In this document: piece by piece, positions 57,969 to 64,000 of the stretch | Layout: each line of letters starts with the position of its first letter | Numbering within the stretch: the first letter of the stretch is position 1 | NCBI GenBank assembly: GCA_041694255.1 | Contig: JASMTN010000021.1 | Coordinates: forward strand, 231 to 64,230 | Direction: 5' to 3' | Origin: Candidatus Altimarinota bacterium | GTDB lineage: Bacteria; Patescibacteriota; Gracilibacteria; Absconditabacterales; Absconditicoccaceae | Length of the DNA stretch: 64,000 bases | Notes under the pieces: model-generated | Database searches by the model: none | Told to the model about the DNA's origin: nothing | The model's input: only the letters and a program-made list of their open reading frames with translations | Program-made: the position numbers and the translations under genes

Positions 57969-58226
57969 TTAAAACGGATGTCACCTAAATACCTTTGTAC
58001 CTGCAAATTCTCAAAGCTTATAACCAATCATATCATCATTTACATAAACTGAAACAAATTCTTTTCAGTTATGTACTGCAAATGTATAACCAACCATTTC
58101 AGGAATTATAGTACAAGATCTATCCCAAACCTTAATAGGCTTCTTATTTCAAGACTCTTCCATTTTTTCAACCTTTTTTAGAATCTTTGGATTTACATAA
58201 AATCATTTCTTCAATGATCTAGCCAT
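57969..58226 (-). CDS. rpsS: 30S ribosomal protein S19
   Basis: MARSLKKGFYVNPKILKK...FAVHNGKEFVSVYV...GEFAGTKVFRGH. Confidence 0.95.
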
Positions 58227-58249
58227 TTATATTCATTTAAGTTTTAAAA

Positions 58250-59116
58250 CTATTTATTATTTTGAGGATATAATTTTCTCTTTCTACCTTGAACAATAAA
58301 CTTATCTGACCACTTATTTTTCTTTCTTGTTTTTTTACCGTAAGGAACAGGCTTACCAACAAAGTTTTTTGGTGTTTTCATACCTATAGAAGTATGAGCT
58401 TCTCAACCACCATGAGGATGATCTACTGGATTCATATTTATACCAAGAACATGTGGTTTTCTACCTTTCCATCTTTGTCTACCAGCTTTACCTATAACAA
58501 TATTTTTTCTTTCCTCATTACTAACTTGTCAGATAGTTGCCCAACAAGTATCATGATACTTTCTAATTTCACCAGAAGGCATTTTAACAAAAACAAGCTT
58601 TTTAGCCTCATCTTTACCTGTTATAGTCCCAAAAACTCATGCAGATCTAAGTAATTTAGCCTTTGTATTTGGAGTTACTTCAAGTGCATATATAGTAAAA
58701 CCTTGAGGAATATCTTTTAATTGTTTAGTACAACCATTCTCTAATGGAGCTTTTTCTCAAGTTTCTATCATATCACCAACTCTAACTCACTTCCAAGCTA
58801 TTACATACCTTTTTTCTCAATCTTTGTAATTAATAAGGCTAATCCTAGCAGTTCTGTATGGATCATACTCTACACTAGCAACCTTTCAAGGAACTCATAT
58901 TTTATCATACCTTCTAAAATCAACAATTCTATACAATCTTTTATGACCACCTCATCTTGATCTAGAAGTAATCCTACCATGATGATTTCTACCACCTGTA
59001 GAACCTATAAATTTAGTTAATGATTTTTCAGGTTCTGTTTTTGTTATCTCATCAAATGTATATCATGTTAAAAACCTTCTTGAAGGAGTATAAGGTTTAT
59101 ACAATTTTATTCACAT
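58250..59116 (-). CDS. rplB: 50S ribosomal protein L2
   Basis: ...[22 protein letters not shown]...[12 protein letters not shown]... Confidence 0.95.
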
Positions 59117-59140
59117 CTATCATAGCTCATAAAAATAAAA

Positions 59141-59629
59141 TTAAGCAACTTTATCTAATGAAGGCATTTTTTGACCTTCCTTTAAAGTAACAACAGCCTT
59201 TACATAAGCTCTTCTTACTAATCATCTTCTTTGTCTATTCTTATAAGGAGTTTTAATGATATTTATTTTCTCAACATCTATTTTATATAATGTTTTTAAA
59301 GCCTCCTTAACATCGTTTTTATTTGCTCATTTCATTACTTTGAAAGTTATCTTTGAAGTTTCTTTTACGTCTTCTTTCACCTTCACTCTTTTTTTATCCA
59401 AAGTATTACCTGATTTAAAAGTTACAGTATAATTTTCCTTTTCTTTATTACCATTTTTATCCAATACAGGAGTTTTAACTTTAGATACTATCTTAACTTG
59501 ATTATCAGTTTTTTCAGTTTTTATAAAACCTAATATAATATCAGTAGGAGCAAATTGTCATATTTTTTTTGTTTCCAAAACTTTTTGCCCTCTTCTTTTC
59601 AACTTTTGTTTATACAATGATGTTTGCAT
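59141..59629 (-). CDS. rplW: 50S ribosomal protein L23 with about 60 extra residues
   Basis: 162-aa ORF. The L23 core is ...KITFKVMKGANKNDVKEALKTLYKIDVEKINII...RAYVKAVVTLKEG. Confidence 0.85.
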
Positions 59630-59639
59630 ATTTTCTTTG

Positions 59640-60281
59640 TTATTTACTTAAAAAAGTGTCTTCTATTTTTTGTAAACTATCTTTCATAAAAACAACCTTT
59701 TTGTAAGATAGTAAATCGAAAGGATTTACATAAGCAGCACTTACAACTTTAACACCAGGAATATTTCTAAAAGATCTAGTAACCATATCATTTTTTCATG
59801 GTATAACTAATAATACTTTTTCTCCTGTTAGCTTAAGGTTAGATAGAACATTGTTAGCATTTTTAGTTTTGATATCTGTAAAATCATAACTATTCAATAC
59901 TAAAGAATCTTCATCTTTAACTCTAACAGATAAAGCAGAAAATAAAGCTTTTCTTCTTTGTTTTTTTGGCATATTTTTTATATAGTTTTCATTTCAAGTT
60001 GGTCAAAATATAACTCAACCTCACCTTCTTATTCATGAAGCAGCATCACCAACTCTGGCATTACCTGTACCTTTTTGTCTATATAACTTTCTACCTGATG
60101 AAGTAATTTCTCATCTAGCTTTAGTTTTTGCTATATTTTTTCTAGAATTAGAAAGTTGCATAACAACAAATTCATGCATCAATGAAGTATTTATATTTTC
60201 ATCAGAAAATATATTTTGATTCAATTGAACTTCTTCTAACTCTTTTCATTTAACATCATATACTTTTACAGAATAAGTCAT
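59640..60281 (-). CDS. rplD: 50S ribosomal protein L4
   Basis: ...[33 protein letters not shown]... Confidence 0.95.
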
Positions 60282-60308
60282 TGAAAGTTATTTTAATTAT
60301 AAATTTAT

Positions 60309-60890
60309 TTACTTATATATTCTTAATAAAGAATTTCTTGATCATGGAATAGATCATTTTACAACCAACACATTATCACCATCAGGCAGTGAATGAGTTG
60401 CAACTACATTTATATTTTTTACAGTTACATTTCTGTGTCACATATGTCAAGGTAGTGGATGATTTTTATTTACTCTATTTGGTTTCATATTACCTATACT
60501 TCAAGGACCTCTATGGAATTTACTACCATGAGTTGCTCTTCATCAACCAAATCAAAATCTTTTCATAACTCATTGAAAACCTTTTCATTTTGTTGTAGAC
60601 TTAACAGTAATATTATCTATATCATCATTCATAGAAACCTTATCTCATACTTTATATTCATCTACATTTTCAACTTTAAACTCCCTAACATACTTATAAG
60701 TTGTTTTTCATTTTTTTTCTTTTTTAACTGCTCATACAACAACAGCATTATAACCATCATTTTCTTGAGTTTTTATTCTAACAACTTCTTGATCATCTAA
60801 GAATTTTAATAATGTAACTGCCTCCATCTTGTCATCTAAAAGCATTTGTGTCATTTCTTGCTTTAAACATAAGAAACCTCAATTCATCAT
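60309..60890 (-). CDS. rplC: 50S ribosomal protein L3
   Basis: ...[32 protein letters not shown]... Confidence 0.95.
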
Positions 60891-60915
60891 ATTTTTTATA
60901 TTATCTATCTAAACT

Positions 60916-61239
60916 CTATTTTGGAAGATCTATCATAACTCCAACAGGTATTTGAATATTATTCAAATATTCAACAGTCTTTTCTCATAACTCCTCTATA
61001 TCAACAAGTCTAGAATAAGTTATCCTTTCAAATTGTTCTCTAGCATCTTTATAAACAAAAGGAGCTTTCAAAACTGTATAACCTTTCTTTTTTTTAGGCA
61101 ATGGTATAGGTCATTTAATTTTTGCTCATGACTTTATCAAAACTGCCATTACCTTTGAAACAGTAGCATCCAACATTCTTAGTTCATATGACCTGAACTT
61201 TATTCTCATAGCAGGCTTATTATTATCTTTATTAGCCAT
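60916..61239 (-). CDS. rpsJ: 30S ribosomal protein S10
   Basis: ...[20 protein letters not shown]...GPIPLP...[15 protein letters not shown]... Confidence 0.95.
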
Positions 61240-61318
61240 TAAATTTTTCCTTATTAAATTAAATATTTATTAAAGACAATAAGCCCCTTACAATGGTAAG
61301 AGACTTATAGCTTTAATA

Positions 61319-62500
61319 TTATTCATTAACTTTTGTAACTACACCAGCACCAACTGTTCTACCTCATTCTCTAATAGCAAATCTTAAACCTTCTTCCATA
61401 GCTACTGGATATAGCAATTCAACATTTATTTTTGCATTATCACCAGGCATAATCATTTCTGTACCTTCTGGTAATGTTACTGTACCAGTCACATCAGTAG
61501 TTCTGAAGAAGAATTGTGGCTTATATCATGTCATGAATGGTGTATGTCTACCTCATTCCTCTTTCTTAAGAACATAAACCTCAGCTTCAAATTTATTATG
61601 AGGAGAAGCTGTACCAGGCTTAGCTATAACTTGACCTCTTTCTATTTCATCTCTATCAATACCTCTTAACAATAAACCAACATTCATACCAGCTTCAGCA
61701 CTTTCATGTTGTTTATGAAACATTTCAACTCATGTTATAGCAGTCTTTTTAGCATCTTTACCAAGACCAACTATTTCCATCTCATCACCAACTTTAACAA
61801 CACCTCTTTCTATTCTACCTGTAGCAACAGTACCTCTACCTTTAATTGAGAATACATCTTCTATAGGCATAATAAAGTCCTTATCCATATCTCTATCTGG
61901 AGAAGGTATCTTTTCATCAACTGCAGCCATAAGATCCCATATACATTTAGCATCTCAAGACTCATCAGTAGGATTTTCCATAGCTTTAAGAGCAGAACCT
62001 TGTATTACAGGAACATCATCACCAGGATATCCATATTTAGATAAAAGATCTCTAACCTCTTCCTCAACAAGCTCTATTTCTTCCTCATCATCAACCATAT
62101 CACATTTGTTTAAGAAAACAACTATATATGGCACATTAACTTGTTTAGCTAACAATATATGTTCTCTTGTTTGAGCCATAGGTCCATCTGGAGCAGCCAA
62201 AACTAAGATAGCACCATCCATTTGAGCAGCACCAACAATCATGTTTTTAATATAATCAGCATGTCAAGGACAGTCAATATGAGCATAATGTCTATTTTCT
62301 GTTTCATACTCAACATGAGCTGTATTAATTGTAATACCTCTCTCTTTCTCTTCTGGAGCTTTATCAATATCTCAAAACTCCATACCTTTTGCAAGTCATT
62401 TTGTAGCTAATACTTGTACAATAGCAGATGTAGTAGTAGTTTTACCATGATCCACATGCCCTAATGTACCAATATTAACGTGCGGTTTCATTTCAGCCAT
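61319..62500 (-). CDS. tuf: elongation factor Tu
   Basis: 393-aa code-25 ORF. Contains [17 protein letters not shown] (G=TGA 62264-62266), NKCD and REG-G-RTVGAG (TGA 61364-61366). Frames agree with track ORFs 61730-61930 and 61955-62242. Confidence 0.97.
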
Positions 62501-62526
62501 AATAATCTTTTAATTAATAAATAAAT

Positions 62527-62557
62527 GTTACGTAAATATATATAGTTACGTAAATAT
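62527..62557. promoter_or_regulatory. tandem GTTACGTAAATAT repeats with palindromic TTACGTAA cores upstream of tuf
   Basis: Exact 13-nt copies at 62527-62539 and 62545-62557, which is 27-57 nt upstream of the tuf ATG. Confidence 0.35.
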
Positions 62558-62594
62558 TTTATAAAATATTTACACACAACTTTAAGCCATCTAA

Positions 62595-62671
62595 TGGTGG
62601 GCATGGATGGACTCGAACCATCGATCTCACGATTATCAGTCGTGTGCTTTAACCAGCTAAGCCACATGCCC
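62595..62671 (-). tRNA. tRNA-Ile (anticodon GAU), CCA encoded
   Basis: Anticodon loop CUGAUAA. Ends ...GCCCACCA. Confidence 0.9.
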
Positions 62672-62684
62672 TAAACCAAACATA

Positions 62685-62758
62685 TCGGGGTGGCGGGACT
62701 CGAACTCGCGACCTTCTGGTCCCAAACCAGACACTCTAGCCATCTGAGCTACACCCCG
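62685..62758 (-). tRNA. tRNA-Pro (anticodon UGG)
   Basis: CGGGGUG acceptor. Anticodon loop UUUGGGA. Confidence 0.9.
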
Positions 62759-62769
62759 TAAATATAAAA

Positions 62770-62844
62770 TGGTGCCGAAGGGCAGGATCGAACTGCCGGC
62801 ACAAGGCTTTTCAGGCCTCTGCTCTACCACTGAGCTACTTCGGC
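62770..62844 (-). tRNA. tRNA-Phe (anticodon GAA), CCA encoded
   Basis: Anticodon loop CUGAAAA. GCCGAAG acceptor. Confidence 0.9.
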
Positions 62845-62945
62845 ATAATACAATATTACTATACTTTTTACTTTTACAAAAGTGATCTATAATATAATAA
62901 TATGAAAATAAATTTCAAGTACTTTTTATAGTTTTTATATATTTA

Positions 62946-63686
62946 TTATTTTAACAATATACTCCATCTTTTTTCTTTTAAAAATAAGTTAGTATTTCAA
63001 TGTCAAACAAACTCTATAGTATATTTATTATCCTTACCTCATAATAATTCATCTAAAAAATCCCAATTTAAAACTTTTTGAAATCTTATATTTTTTATTT
63101 TTTGGTTTATTATATTTTCAAAATGATAAGCATCATAGCTTGTAGGTATTATAGTATCGATATTGAAACTTAATAATCTATTAAGGTCTGTTTTTATAAG
63201 TTTTCTTATCATCCAATCTCTTTTACTTAAAGCTATTATATTATATTTCCAAACTCATATATTTTTTTTATATATTGAAAATCATTTAAAATGTTTAATA
63301 TTTTTTTGTCTTTTAGTTGGTGTATAATCTAATTGTTCTATATAGTTTTGAACATATTCCATATCAAGATCATTACCTAAAAGTCATATCTTTCAAACTA
63401 AAGAATATTTTAAGCTTTGTTTTATTATATTTTGATATATAGGAAGTATAAAATTTTCATTTTTATATTTTAATTCCCACATAGGAGGCAATATTATCTT
63501 ATCTACTTTTTTTTCAAGTAAAATGTCTATAGCCTGTTTGATATATTTTTCTTGAAAATCTATACTTTTATCGTCCAAAGGCCAGGCATCTTGATTCATA
63601 TAAACTATGATATTATGGTTGTATTGTTTTAAAGTATTTAAAAAAGAAAGGTTTTCTAATCAAGATGTAAATATTCAAATTTTCAT
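62946..63686 (-). CDS. glutamate racemase-like protein, divergent (catalytic Cys positions apparently substituted)
   Basis: 246-aa code-25 ORF. MKIGIFTSGLENLSFL... parallels MurI MKIGxFDSGxGGLxV. The region expected to read IACNTA reads ILPPMWE. Frame agrees with track ORF 63393-63599. Confidence 0.35.
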
Positions 63687-63704
63687 ATACTTATTATTAT
63701 TAAA

Positions 63705-64000
63705 TTAAATATCTTCTAATTTTTTCAAAAACTCTTTCCTTCAAAGCTGTTTATTTTCCTGAAAAAAAGATTCAAAATCATCTCATATCAAAGCAATATA
63801 CTTATTATATAATTTTTTAAATATTTGTTTTTGTGAGAAACTAAATCCAAAATAATCTATATAATTATCTAAATTATCTTTTTGAGGGATTGTTTTAAGA
63901 TATGATTTTATTGATTCTAATATATTTTTAAAGTCTATTTTATCTAAATTATCTAAAAAAATATTTTTATCAAACTTTTCTCATATATTATCAACAGGTG
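63705..64000 (-). CDS. hypothetical protein, C-terminal part (gene starts beyond window end)
   Basis: Open code-25 frame from the window edge to TAA at 63707-63705. Confidence 0.3.

Noticed and set aside
370-60800. Other antisense track ORFs, for example 370-609, 6624-6836, 35664-35873, 37626-37925, 42665-43135, 46785-47126, 54550-54849, 58394-58654 and 60459-60800.
   Set aside because: Each lies opposite a well-supported conserved gene (alaS, frr, res, cyclase, giant protein, rplE, rplB, rplC). They have Ser/Phe/Ile-rich composition typical of antisense frames in AT-rich DNA.
1-64000. Massive pseudogenisation or poor assembly. The six-frame track shows only short ORFs even inside EF-Tu, rpoA, secY and recG.
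   Set aside because: All fragments join in-frame once TGA is read as a sense codon. The resulting lengths are multiples of 3 and conserved motifs are continuous. The fragmentation is a genetic-code artefact.
1-64000. Genetic code 4 (UGA = Trp, Mycoplasma-like), given the low GC content.
   Set aside because: TGA sits at invariant Gly positions (EF-Tu DCPGH and REGGRT, Walker A GSGKT). Trp positions use TGG. The UCA-anticodon tRNA has Gly-type, not Trp-type, acceptor identity.
1-64000. CRISPR arrays or cas genes.
   Set aside because: I noticed no series of regularly spaced identical repeats on reading through the window. The repeats found are 2-4 dispersed promoter-like copies.

Overview
Very AT-rich bacterial chromosome segment, about 70-75% A+T by eye. 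Under the standard code almost every gene looks shattered, and it only makes sense under genetic code 25, where UGA encodes Gly. In-frame TGA codons sit at invariant glycine positions, for example EF-Tu DCP-G-HADY (TGA at 62264-62266) and REG-G-RTVG (TGA at 61364-61366). A tRNA with anticodon UCA and glycine-type acceptor features lies at 29657-29730. This points to an Absconditabacteria (SR1) / Gracilibacteria-type Patescibacteria (CPR) genome. The absence of L30 between rpsE and rplO fits that placement. After retranslating by hand, nearly the whole window is coding, mostly on the minus strand. Housekeeping content: alaS (partial), an S41 protease, recX, frr, ruvB, recG, rplM-rpsI, the alpha operon (infA-rpmJ-rpsM-rpsK-rpsD-rpoA-rplQ), infC-rpmI-rplT, 10 tRNAs, nrdB, folA, thyA, nrdA, secY, the S10/spc ribosomal operons and tuf. 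Two accessory defence islands stand out. Island 1 (about 13.5-21.9 kb, between recG and a candidate ncRNA/tsaB) is built of cassettes joined by promoter-like repeats, including a perfect 36-bp direct repeat. It carries a C-protein/HNH-nuclease/D12-methylase R-M system, an extra N4/N6 methylase, and a DpnII-like dam/REase/second-methylase cassette. That cassette is split by a 4-TM + 332-aa gene pair with Kiwa-like architecture. Island 2 (34.1-40.3 kb) is flanked by a perfect 28-bp direct repeat in the folA-thyA divergent intergenic region. It is a type III R-M operon with a Pycsar-like cyclase + TM-effector pair between mod and res. Other items worth a second look: an apparent +1 frameshift at CUU_U in rplT; a promoter/terminator-delimited structured ncRNA candidate of about 170 nt; a 1626-aa secreted DUF1800-DUF1501 fusion; a beta-CASP RNase with large charged inserts; NrdB with an N-terminal extension; and about 23 kb inserted between secY and infA. 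All protein calls rest on my own by-eye translation and motif recognition. No database search was run.
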